Shown: piece by piece, positions 8,859 through 16,999 of the stretch
Layout: the number at the start of each line of letters is the position of its first letter
Numbering within the stretch: the stretch's first letter is position 1
Origin: an uncultured Lachnospiraceae bacterium
Lineage (GTDB): Bacteria > Bacillota > Clostridia > Lachnospirales > Lachnospiraceae
Assembly: GCA_958426095.1 (NCBI GenBank)
Contig: CATZYB010000001.1
Location: 1 to 45,667 of the forward strand
Length of the DNA: 45,667 nucleotides
Direction of reading: 5' to 3'
Translations under genes and position numbers: made by a program
Notes under the pieces: model-generated
Told to the model about the DNA's origin: nothing
Seen by the model: the letters and a program-made list of their open reading frames with translations, nothing else
Databases searched by the model: none

Positions 8859-8866
8859 TTATCTCT
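8848..8866 (-). repeat. Shufflon site D (core 8848-8858)
   Basis: TTACTATTTAGTTATCTCT on +; 14-bp identity with site A (CTAAATAGTAATTT). Confidence 0.92.
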
Positions 8867-8964
8867 TAAATTTCCCGCATCAGGAGTTGATGCGTATGAT
8901 TTTATAATTGGGCCAAAGACGCACTTGTTTTTTAAATAAAAAAAGGAAATGAGGGAAAGAAAAC

Positions 8965-9411
8965 ATGAAAGTAATCGATATTTATAACATGATTGTCGGA
9001 GCAGCAGTTACTGTTATGACGGCCATATTCGGAATTTACTGGTATATATTCGCTGCGTTTTTAGTTTTTAATATGCTTGACTGGTTGACAGGCTGGTATA
9101 AGTCCAGGAAATTCAAGAAAGAAAGCAGTTCCGTAGGATTAAAGGGAATTTTGAAGAAGTTTGGATATTGGGCCATAATCCTGGTAGCGTTTATCATATC
9201 TTACGTGTTTGTACACATGGGAACAGATATTTTACATGTAGACCTGAGCTTTTTGGAGATGGTCGGATGGTTTACACTAGCCTGCCTGATGGTCAATGAG
9301 GCCCGAAGCATTTTGGAAAATCTGGTGGAATGTGGCTATGATGTGCCGACAGTCTTGGTAAAAGGCTTGGCGGTAACGGAAAAATTGATTAATAGTGATG
9401 AGGAGGAATAA
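8965..9411 (+). CDS. Phage holin (toxin secretion/phage lysis holin family)
   Basis: TM segments; DWLTG, SSVGLKGILKK and NEARSILENL motifs; directly upstream of the endolysin. Confidence 0.92.
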   Translation: MKVIDIYNMIVGAAVTVMTAIFGIYWYIFAAFLVFNMLDWLTGWYKSRKFKKESSSVGLKGILKKFGYWAIILVAFIISYVFVHMGTDILHVDLSFLEMVGWFTLACLMVNEARSILENLVECGYDVPTVLVKGLAVTEKLINSDEEE

Positions 9412-9413
9412 TT

Positions 9414-10394
9414 ATGGCAAAGATTTGGTTGAATGCAGGTCACGGCGGGAATGACCCGGGAGCATGTGCGAATGGAAGAAGCGAAGCGGTACAGGCGGAA
9501 AAACTCACGAGAGCAGTCGGAGCGCTGCTTTCCGGTGCCGGACATACCGTCTGGTATACCCGGGATGTATCGCCGTACATGGATACCTATGTACCGCACG
9601 AAAACAGTAAATCGGCAGATATCTTTGTGAGCTTCCATCAGAACGCCGGTGGCGGCCGGGGATACGAATCCTTCGTCAGCGGCAATGATAACTGTGCGCT
9701 GGCTTGTGCAAAGTCTCTGGCCGGAGATATGGCAAAGATTTGGTCGTTGCGTGGCAGTACATACGGCGCTGGAGTTAAAAAGCATACGGAGTCTGCCGTA
9801 GGCTCATTATATGTTGTAAGTGGTACGGTGTCGCCTGCGTTACTGGGAGAGTTCGGATTTATTGACAGCACATCCGATATGAAAATTTTTGACGATAATT
9901 TTGATTATATTACGCGGTGCTGTGCAAACCGGATCTCGCTGGCCGTGGGAGGAAAAGCGATTGACAATAAAACAGTTGTAAAAGTGGAAACTAAGCCAGC
10001 GGCCACGACTTCAACGAGTACCGGTACGGCCGGAAAGAATGCAGTTGGCCAGAGTGGACCAAATCCGCAAATGAAGTTCTCGGGGGAATATGATCCATCA
10101 GTGAAAAACTTGCAGAGAATTTTACAGTGCAAAGGCTATGATCTTGTTGCAGATGGGATTGCCGGACCGGTAACTTATAAGGCTGTGGCAAACCACACGG
10201 TGGAAGCTGGTGAGCGTACTGATTTAGTTAAATGGATTCAGAATCGCTTGAATCTGCTTGGATTTAGTGCAGGTACGGAAGACGGTTATGCTGGCTCAGT
10301 GACAATGCAGGCCATTGGGAAATTTCAGAAACACTATGGACTGGGTGTTGGTTATTTGGGCGGTACTGATTGGTACTACGCCATTGAATCTTGA
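9414..10394 (+). CDS. Endolysin: N-acetylmuramoyl-L-alanine amidase (Amidase_3) with two peptidoglycan-binding repeats
   Basis: LNAGHGGNDPGA, FVSFHQNA, LGEFGFID; VKNLQRIL...DGIAGPVT and VKWIQNRL...DGYAGSVT. Confidence 0.92.
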   Translation: MAKIWLNAGHGGNDPGACANGRSEAVQAEKLTRAVGALLSGAGHTVWYTRDVSPYMDTYVPHENSKSADIFVSFHQNAGGGRGYESFVSGNDNCALACAKSLAGDMAKIWSLRGSTYGAGVKKHTESAVGSLYVVSGTVSPALLGEFGFIDSTSDMKIFDDNFDYITRCCANRISLAVGGKAIDNKTVVKVETKPAATTSTSTGTAGKNAVGQSGPNPQMKFSGEYDPSVKNLQRILQCKGYDLVADGIAGPVTYKAVANHTVEAGERTDLVKWIQNRLNLLGFSAGTEDGYAGSVTMQAIGKFQKHYGLGVGYLGGTDWYYAIES

Positions 10395-10409
10395 TCGCTG
10401 ATTTGTTTA

Positions 10410-10442
10410 AAGGCTCTCGGAATTCCGGGGGCCTTATTTTTT
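10410..10442 (+). terminator. Rho-independent terminator after the endolysin
   Basis: AAGGCTCTCGG-AATT-CCGGGGGCCTT followed by a T-run. Confidence 0.8.
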
Positions 10443-10450
10443 ATACCTTC

Positions 10451-10496
10451 TTGATTTTGGCAACCAATCATAGTATGATATGGGTAACCAATAATG
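10451..10496 (+). promoter_or_regulatory. sigmaA-type promoter with two operator-like boxes
   Basis: TTGATT-17bp-TATGAT; TTGGCAACCAAT in the spacer and TGGGTAACCAATAATG downstream of the -10. Confidence 0.7.
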
Positions 10497-10509
10497 GGAG
10501 GCGTACAAA

Positions 10510-10692
10510 ATGGTAGAAAGAAATATAATTATTGCAAAGGCCGGAGGAACAGCCGGAAAGAACTCGGTGAATTATAAGATAAGTTTACCAGCTGAAATGG
10601 TAAAAGAGTTGGGGGTAACACCGGAGGATAAAAGTGTCATAGTGTCCTTTGAAAATGGGAAAATAATTATAGAAAAGAAGAAAAATACTTGA
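10510..10692 (+). CDS. AbrB/MazE/SpoVT-family DNA-binding protein (60 aa)
   Basis: KISLPAEMVKELGV...VIVSFENGKIIIEK swapped-hairpin pattern; GGGAGG RBS. Confidence 0.85.
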   Translation: MVERNIIIAKAGGTAGKNSVNYKISLPAEMVKELGVTPEDKSVIVSFENGKIIIEKKKNT

Positions 10693-10717
10693 CATTGGTA
10701 ACCAATAATGATATAAT
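10689..10717 (+). promoter_or_regulatory. Consensus sigmaA promoter with operator-like box in the spacer
   Basis: TTGACA-17bp-TATAAT with extended TG; spacer contains TTGGTAACCAATAATG. Confidence 0.85.
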
Positions 10718-10778
10718 ATAATTGTCAGGAGGAGAAACCGAATGACAATAACCGGGCAAGCGGAGGAAGGAGAACGAC

Positions 10779-10916
10779 ATGGAGGATATGGAAAAAGGAA
10801 CCATAAAGGAAATGATTGAATGGATGACTGAAAAAGGACATACGGAAGAGGAAATCATGGAATGTATTCGGCGAATGGTTGGAGCAAAGCCGAAAGAAAA
10901 AAATAAGGCTGAATAA
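10779..10916 (+). CDS. 45-aa hypothetical protein (not in ORF track)
   Basis: AAGGAG RBS; MEDMEKGTIKEMIEWMTEKGHTEEEIMECIRRMVGAKPKEKNKAE*; downstream of a consensus promoter. Confidence 0.7.
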   Translation: MEDMEKGTIKEMIEWMTEKGHTEEEIMECIRRMVGAKPKEKNKAE

Positions 10917-11002
10917 ATCAGCCAGAGCATGACAAGGAGGGCGGGCTTGCCACCGCTCCCCATCAAAAAAGATTATAACATAAAAATAAGTAGAAAGACA
11001 AT

Positions 11003-11028
11003 GGACCTTTTAAAATAGGTCCTTTTTT
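11003..11028 (+). terminator. Terminator at the prophage right end
   Basis: GGACCT-8nt-AGGTCC-TTTTTT. Confidence 0.75.
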
Positions 11029-11040
11029 CGTGTAATTATC

Positions 11041-11523
11041 TTGCGACCAGACCGGGTTATCGTTGGAGAAGTGCGCGGAGCTGAATGTGTGGATATGGTC
11101 CAGGCTATGTCCAGCGGACATGATGGTTCCATTTCAACAGGACATTCCGGGTCGCCGGAGGAAATGCTCAGCCGTCTGGAAACGATGGTTCTTATGGGGA
11201 CAGATATACCCTTGGTCGCTATACGCAAACAATTGACTTCAGCCATTGATATTATCATCCAGTTGGAGCGTCTGAGGGATAAAAGCCGTCGGGTGACAGA
11301 AATTACAGAGGTTGTTGGATATGAAAATGGAGAAATCCGGTTAAATCCATTGTTTGTATTTAAAGAGACAACGGAGAAGGAGGATAAAAATTTTGTTCGG
11401 GAAGAGGCATGCTATATGGAAGGAATACCATCGGTTTCCGGCCGTCTGGTGTTATCCGGAAATGCTCTTGTACATCGAAAGAAACTGGAAGCTGCGGCTG
11501 TGCAGTTGGAGGGCGGACTTTGA
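11041..11523 (+). pseudogene. tadA: 3' fragment of TadA/CpaF pilus ATPase, interrupted by the prophage
   Basis: Begins at RPDRVIVGEVRGAE (Walker B), contains GHDGSISTGH; Walker A absent; in-frame stop at 11011-11013. Confidence 0.9.
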
Positions 11524-12269
11524 AGCTTACCAATGAAGGCATATATCGTCTGACCTTATTTGAACACTTACAGTTATTTTCTTTATGGATCGTCATATGT
11601 GCGGCCGCAGGCTGGATGTTTTATGATACGATTCTTCTTTCAGTGGTGGCCTGGCCGGGCTATCTGCTGTTTTTCCCCAAAATGCGTACATATAAACAAA
11701 ATAAATGTCAGAAACAGTTGGCGTTGGATTTTAAAGATGTGATGATTTCCATTTACAGTTCTTTATCTGCCGGTGCAACGGTCGAGCAGAGCCTGAAACG
11801 TACGCTGGAAGATATAGAGCGCAGCCTTGGACAGAAATCCCGGATGTTTTTGGAATTGGACATTGTCTGTCGAAAAATGGAACGCAATGTACCGGTGAAT
11901 CAATGTCTTGAAGAAATGGCGGCCCGGTGTCATGACAGGGATATAGAAAATTTCGTTCAGATTCTTATTCTTGGGAAAAAGCAGGGAGGAAATCTGGCGA
12001 TACTTGTTCGGGACAGTGTGGAAAAAATTCAGAGGCGGATTGAAATAACTTATGAAATGGAAGGCCTTATCGGGGCAAAGCGGAATGAGTTTTTATTTAT
12101 GTGTATTATTCCGGCGGGTATCATCCTGTATATGCGGATTTTTTCACAGGAATTCATGTCGGTGCTGTACAAAAATATGGCGGGCGCTTTGCTGATGACA
12201 ATCTGTCTGGGCGTTTATATTGGCGCCTGTGGTCTCGGAATGAAAATTTTAAAAATAAAGGATGTGTAG
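11520..12269 (+). CDS. tadB: TadB-like pilus assembly membrane protein
   Basis: T2SS-F-like SLSAGATVEQS and GGNLA motifs; TTG start overlaps the tadA stop, GGAGGG RBS. Confidence 0.82.
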   Translation: MKLTNEGIYRLTLFEHLQLFSLWIVICAAAGWMFYDTILLSVVAWPGYLLFFPKMRTYKQNKCQKQLALDFKDVMISIYSSLSAGATVEQSLKRTLEDIERSLGQKSRMFLELDIVCRKMERNVPVNQCLEEMAARCHDRDIENFVQILILGKKQGGNLAILVRDSVEKIQRRIEITYEMEGLIGAKRNEFLFMCIIPAGIILYMRIFSQEFMSVLYKNMAGALLMTICLGVYIGACGLGMKILKIKDV

Positions 12270-12282
12270 GGGGGATATCCGG

Positions 12283-13497
12283 ATGGATAAACGAAAGAAA
12301 TGGTTGATTGCCGGATTTGTTGCCGTATGGGGAGTTACGACGGCGCTTTGGCTGAGAAGCCGGTCCGGAGGGACGGAACCGATTCGGGTATTGGAAAGAA
12401 ATCCTCCGGGGATGGGAGATTCGGAGATTCAAATGGAAATCCGAACGGAGGAAGGAAACTTTCCGATAAATTTTTTGCTGAAAGAACGCCGTTACAGGGA
12501 AGAGGAACTTGAAAAGGTTTTTGAGCAGGGAAAGGCCTGGCTGGACAGTGTATGGCTGGGAGATAATACATCGGCTCAGGCCGTATCCGAAAATCTGTAT
12601 TTTCCGGCACGGATCGAAGAACTTGGCTTGATGGTCCGTTGGGAAACAGAGAGCTATCGGTGGATTCGGACGGATGGAAGGATTACGGAAGAAGCCAGAG
12701 CGCAGGCGCCTTTGGAAACAAAAGTTCGTGCGATTCTTAGTTATGGGACGGAAGAGAGGATGATAGATTATCCGGTCACGGTAATCTGTCCGGAGAAGAA
12801 TGAAGAGGAAGTATTTCAGGAAGCTGTTCTTGAAGTATTGGAAGCGCAGCAGGCGGAATTGGCGACGGAGGAGACTTTAAACTTACCCGAGAATGTGGGG
12901 AATGTCATGCTTACATGGTATGGAAGAGAAATGCCGATATGGCCGAAGGTGTTTGTTTTCGGAAATCTATGCGTCGCTTTATTGTATTTTTCCCGGGAAG
13001 AAAAACATATGCAGCAGATGAAAGACAGAGAGGATGGGTTAAGGCAGGATTATCCGGAAATCGTCTATCGGCTGGTGCTGCTGATCAGTTCCGGAATGAC
13101 TGTCCGGGCGGCCTGGGAGAAAATGATATCGGATTATCAGGTATGGCGGGAAACGACAGGAAAAAGCCGATGGGGCTATGACGAAATGGAGATGGCCCTC
13201 AGAGAGATGAATTATGGGATCCCGGAGCTGAAAGCTTATGAAAGTTTTGGAAAACGCTGCGGAACACAGGGGTATATCCGGCTGTCATCACTGCTCATAC
13301 AACAAGTAAAGCGGGGAGCAAAGGGGATGAATCAGCTTCTTACACAGGAAGTGGCCGAAGCGGAGGTGCTGCGCAGAGAGAATGCAAGAAAGTCTGCGGA
13401 AGAGGCGGGGACCCGCCTGATCCTGCCAATGATTTTGTTGATGACCGTTGTCTTTGCCGTGTTAATGATACCGGCATTTTTATCCATGAGTTTTTAG
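12283..13497 (+). CDS. tadC: TadC-like (T2SS F family) protein with N-terminal extracellular extension
   Basis: DYPEIV...LLISSGMT...AW and EEAGTRLILPM motifs; follows tadB. Confidence 0.8.
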   Translation: MDKRKKWLIAGFVAVWGVTTALWLRSRSGGTEPIRVLERNPPGMGDSEIQMEIRTEEGNFPINFLLKERRYREEELEKVFEQGKAWLDSVWLGDNTSAQAVSENLYFPARIEELGLMVRWETESYRWIRTDGRITEEARAQAPLETKVRAILSYGTEERMIDYPVTVICPEKNEEEVFQEAVLEVLEAQQAELATEETLNLPENVGNVMLTWYGREMPIWPKVFVFGNLCVALLYFSREEKHMQQMKDREDGLRQDYPEIVYRLVLLISSGMTVRAAWEKMISDYQVWRETTGKSRWGYDEMEMALREMNYGIPELKAYESFGKRCGTQGYIRLSSLLIQQVKRGAKGMNQLLTQEVAEAEVLRRENARKSAEEAGTRLILPMILLMTVVFAVLMIPAFLSMSF

Positions 13498-13506
13498 GAG
13501 GTATTT

Positions 13507-13674
13507 ATGAATTTAATCAGAAATTTTTTTGAAGATAATGATGGTGTTGGCGTTGTGGAAATCATTTTAATACTGGTGGTTCTGATAGGACTGGTATTGA
13601 TTTTTAAAACCCAGTTAACGGCGCTGGTTAATGATATTTTCAGCAGGATAACCAGCCAAAGTGCAGGGATATGA
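13507..13674 (+). CDS. Flp1-like type IVb pilin, 55 aa (not in ORF track)
   Basis: AGGAGG RBS; MNLIRNFFEDNDG|VGVVEIILILVVLIGLVLIFK with G cleavage site and E+5. Confidence 0.92.
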   Translation: MNLIRNFFEDNDGVGVVEIILILVVLIGLVLIFKTQLTALVNDIFSRITSQSAGI

Positions 13675-15158
13675 TGAGCCGCAGGCCGGATGGACAGGTG
13701 ACTGTATTTATGGCTTTGCTCTTTATGGTTGTTGTAAGCCTTTTGATGGCTCAGTACCGCTCCGCATTATTTTATGCCCGACGGGCCGATGCGGAACGGG
13801 CGGCAGCCTTAAGCGTATCCAGTCTTCTTGCACAATATCAGCAGCCGCTTCGGGATTATTATCATATACTATCCGTGGATGGAGGCTTTGGCCGGGGAAT
13901 ATTTCAGGAGGAGCTTCTGGAGGAAGAGCTTCTGACAGTATTTGATGAAAATCTGGAGACATCATTGGGGATGAATTCCGAAGGAAATGCACATATGGAT
14001 GAACCTATATTTACAATGCTCATTGACAGCGATTGGGATTTTTTCTTAAGAGAGATTTCTATGGATTGGACAGATGCGCTCATATCGGAGGGAATTCAAT
14101 ATATTATGAGTCAGTGGCAGAACAAAAAGGATGGGGAAGTACTGGAGCTGAATCAAAAGCAGGCCGAGGCTGAAACTGCACAGGCGGAAACACAGAGCGG
14201 AACGGAAGAAGAAGGAGATATATCCGCCGATACTTCGGAGCCGGTCACGGATCCAAGAGACTTTGTTATGGAAATATGGAATCAGGGAATTTTAGTCGCG
14301 GCCTGTCCGGAAAATTTTACCGTATCAGAAAAAAGCTGCGGGATGACGGATGTGTCTTTTCCGGAGGCCGGGCGGCGTATTCAGGAAACCGTTGACTTTA
14401 AGGAGACTGCCAGCGTTCAGAATCTGATGGAAAAATGGGACGGTATTTTAGAGCCGGAATTGGGAATCCGCGAAATGGCAGAGGATGGGGCGGTCCAGAT
14501 GTATATTATGGATGTTTTTCAAAATGCCGCATCAAAAGAGTGTCCCATTGAACATGAACGGGTATTAGATTATGAAGTGGAATATATTATTAGTGGGAAC
14601 GATAGTGACAGTGAGAATTTAAAAACGGTTTTATGGAAACTTCTGGCTTTCCGAAGCGTTATGAATTTGTCCTATATACTGATGTCTGCTGAAAAAAGCC
14701 TGCAGGCAGAGGAGACGGCGGCATTACTGTCGGCGGCGCTGCTGATACCACAGTTTGTGAAAGTTGTTGCATTTCTTTTAAAAAGCGCCTGGGCCTTTGC
14801 CGAAGCTTTGGCTGACTGTCGAACGCTGCTGAAAGGCGGAAAAGTACCGGTGATGAAAGATGATAAGACATGGTATTTATCCTGGGAACAGATGATGCGT
14901 CTGAATGGCAATATTCTGGATGGAAACAATGGCGAAACAGGAATGGATTATGAAAGCTATCTCCAGATGTTTTTGATGTTGACAAAACGGGATACAAAAT
15001 ACCGCCGGATGACCCATTTGATGGAAAAAAATATCCGTCTCCTGCCGGATTATCCGGATTTTCGGATGTCTGACTGTATCTATGGCATTCAGGCCGTATT
15101 TTATTACGATGCCGGGATCGGAATAGAAGGCAGAACACAGGCTGCATTATCCTACTAA
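13671..15158 (+). CDS. Large TadE/TadG-like pseudopilin (DUF5702-like)
   Basis: G|QVTVFMALL prepilin-like start; YEVEYIISG and WAFAEA...GGKVP motifs. Confidence 0.75.
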   Translation: MMSRRPDGQVTVFMALLFMVVVSLLMAQYRSALFYARRADAERAAALSVSSLLAQYQQPLRDYYHILSVDGGFGRGIFQEELLEEELLTVFDENLETSLGMNSEGNAHMDEPIFTMLIDSDWDFFLREISMDWTDALISEGIQYIMSQWQNKKDGEVLELNQKQAEAETAQAETQSGTEEEGDISADTSEPVTDPRDFVMEIWNQGILVAACPENFTVSEKSCGMTDVSFPEAGRRIQETVDFKETASVQNLMEKWDGILEPELGIREMAEDGAVQMYIMDVFQNAASKECPIEHERVLDYEVEYIISGNDSDSENLKTVLWKLLAFRSVMNLSYILMSAEKSLQAEETAALLSAALLIPQFVKVVAFLLKSAWAFAEALADCRTLLKGGKVPVMKDDKTWYLSWEQMMRLNGNILDGNNGETGMDYESYLQMFLMLTKRDTKYRRMTHLMEKNIRLLPDYPDFRMSDCIYGIQAVFYYDAGIGIEGRTQAALSY

Positions 15159-15177
15159 AGAAGGGGGTGAGGGCGGG

Positions 15178-16092
15178 ATGTCCTTTAAGACGTATCAAAT
15201 AAAAAATAAAAACGAAAAGGCGATACCTGCTTTATATAAAAAGAATGTCAATAAAAATCTTACCAAAAGAACATATACACTCCGCGTCAAAAGGGCATTC
15301 TGCCGTCACTCTCTTCGAAAGCCCGGGACGGTTCGCCAGAATTTGAAGATTCGTGGTTCGATGTCTGTTGAGGCAGCGTTAGCGTTCCCTTTAGTCCTTT
15401 TTGTCTGGGCGGCATTTATTTACCTTACTTCGGCAGTACGGGTTCATGAGACGGTACAGCAGTCATTGGCAGATACGGCAGCGCAACTGGCGGTGGAAGC
15501 CGGAGAAAATGAAGCTGTGGTACGTGCCGGATGGATGGCAAAGGTTTGGCTTGGACTTCAGAGTTTGGAGGATTTGGAAAGCGGAGGGATCCGGTCCGTA
15601 TCCGGATATGATTTTTTAGGGACAGAGGTACTGAACGACGGGGAATGGCTGCGGATTCAGGTTCGATATCGGGTGAAACTTTTTAACGGTTTGATACCTG
15701 TTCCGGACATTCCTCTGGAAAACCAGGTCTATGTTCGGGCATGGACAGGATATGCGCCCGGGCATGATGGGGGTAATCCGGATGGGCTGCAGAAAAATGT
15801 GTACGTCACCGAATATGGACGTGTATACCATAAAGATCGGTTGTGCAGCCATATTCATTTGAAAATTTATATGGTCAGCGAGAGCGAAGCAAAGCAGTAT
15901 CCGCCGTGCGAAAAATGTGTTGAAGATATTGGCGGCATGGCCGGAACATTTTATGTAACAGAATCTGGTGACTGTTATCATAGTCGGCTGGGGTGCAGCG
16001 GATTGAAACGAAGCGTGGAGCGAATGTCTGTTGAGGAGGCCGTATCCCGGGGCTGTGTGCCATGCAGCCGCTGCGGGGAAGGAAGTGAATGA
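15178..16092 (+). CDS. TadE-like minor pilin with C-terminal Cys/His repeats
   Basis: G|SMSVEAALAFP; two YVT-x-x-G-x-x-YH...C...PCxxC units. Confidence 0.8.
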   Translation: MSFKTYQIKNKNEKAIPALYKKNVNKNLTKRTYTLRVKRAFCRHSLRKPGTVRQNLKIRGSMSVEAALAFPLVLFVWAAFIYLTSAVRVHETVQQSLADTAAQLAVEAGENEAVVRAGWMAKVWLGLQSLEDLESGGIRSVSGYDFLGTEVLNDGEWLRIQVRYRVKLFNGLIPVPDIPLENQVYVRAWTGYAPGHDGGNPDGLQKNVYVTEYGRVYHKDRLCSHIHLKIYMVSESEAKQYPPCEKCVEDIGGMAGTFYVTESGDCYHSRLGCSGLKRSVERMSVEEAVSRGCVPCSRCGEGSE

Positions 16093-16514
16093 ATATGATG
16101 ATAACGCATATATGCAGCGCGGCATTGATTTTCTGGCCGATATATGAAGATTTACGGGAGCAAAAAATCTCTGTATTTCCGGCCATGGGATTTATAGTCG
16201 TCGGTGTGCTGGCAAAATTGGCGAATATGGATGATTCGGCGGTAATCTGGCTTTCGGGGGCTGTTCCGGGAATTGCGGTTTTTTTGGCCGGGCAGCTGTT
16301 TGGAAAATGTATCGGTGCGGGGGACAGTCTTTTGATCGTCGGAGCAGGTCTGATGGAAGGCGTCCAATTTTGCTGCAGAATGCTTGCGGTGACCGGGTGC
16401 GGTATATTTATCTTTTCTATGGGGATGATGGCAGTAGGGAGACTTCGGAGAAAATCAAAAGTGGCCTGTGTGCCCTTTTTAGCATTGGGATATGTTGGAG
16501 CGTGGTTTTTATGA
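16089..16514 (+). CDS. Prepilin peptidase (A24, TadV/CpaA-like)
   Basis: EDLREQKI, IGAGD and VPFL motifs; hydrophobic. Confidence 0.85.
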   Translation: MNMMITHICSAALIFWPIYEDLREQKISVFPAMGFIVVGVLAKLANMDDSAVIWLSGAVPGIAVFLAGQLFGKCIGAGDSLLIVGAGLMEGVQFCCRMLAVTGCGIFIFSMGMMAVGRLRRKSKVACVPFLALGYVGAWFL

Positions 16515-16999
16515 ATTTTTTGGAATGGAAAGGACGTGGCAGTTACACGGTGGAAGGGACAGTGATTATCAGTCTTATATGTCTGAGTATTGGCTTAGTG
16601 ATCATGTTTGGATTTTATGGTCATGACAGGGCTTTGATGCAGAGTACAGCGGATGAATTGGCCTTATACGGGAGTTTATGGGAAGGCAGATACGCCCATC
16701 CGAAAATTCGGGAAGTGGATTATGAGATGATGAAACGGGAGGGGACGGTAAGCCATGAAACGATAGAGGCTGAGGGATATCGAATGCTTGCGGGCCGACT
16801 GTTTTGCGGAGAAGTCCAGGGAATCAATGTGTCGAAGAGTCTTTCCGGACGGGAGCTTCAGATTGAGATTCAGTCTGATTTTCAAATTGGGAGATACAGC
16901 GTTCCATGTACGGTCAGAGCCTCATCGGCAGTCATAAAAAGCAGGGCTCTGCCGAGAAAGGGAGAAAAGACTCAGGAGGATAAGACGAATGAATCGTGA
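16511..16999 (+). CDS. TadE-like minor pilin
   Basis: G|SYTVEGTVII followed by a hydrophobic helix; ATG overlaps the previous stop. Confidence 0.75.
   Translation: MNFLEWKGRGSYTVEGTVIISLICLSIGLVIMFGFYGHDRALMQSTADELALYGSLWEGRYAHPKIREVDYEMMKREGTVSHETIEAEGYRMLAGRLFCGEVQGINVSKSLSGRELQIEIQSDFQIGRYSVPCTVRASSAVIKSRALPRKGEKTQEDKTNES

Larger units (their letters stand above)
1..11040 (+). mobile_element. Prophage, right-hand part (tail, lysis and terminal module); continues left of the window
   Basis: Tail/baseplate/fibre genes followed by holin and amidase endolysin; ends abruptly at a 5'-truncated tadA. Right boundary approximate. Confidence 0.93.

Noticed and set aside
5127..8866. Diversity-generating retroelement acting on the fibre
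   Set aside because: No reverse transcriptase and no template/variable repeat pair with adenine-specific mismatches seen in the window.
8605..8907. 100-aa plus-strand ORF
   Set aside because: Antisense shadow of cassette 4, with no RBS.
10667..10966. 99-aa minus-strand ORF
   Set aside because: Antisense to the consensus promoter and the RBS-supported 45-aa ORF.
11409..11519. Longer N-terminus for tadB
   Set aside because: Overlaps tadA coding sequence; the TTG at 11520 has an RBS and is coupled to the tadA stop.
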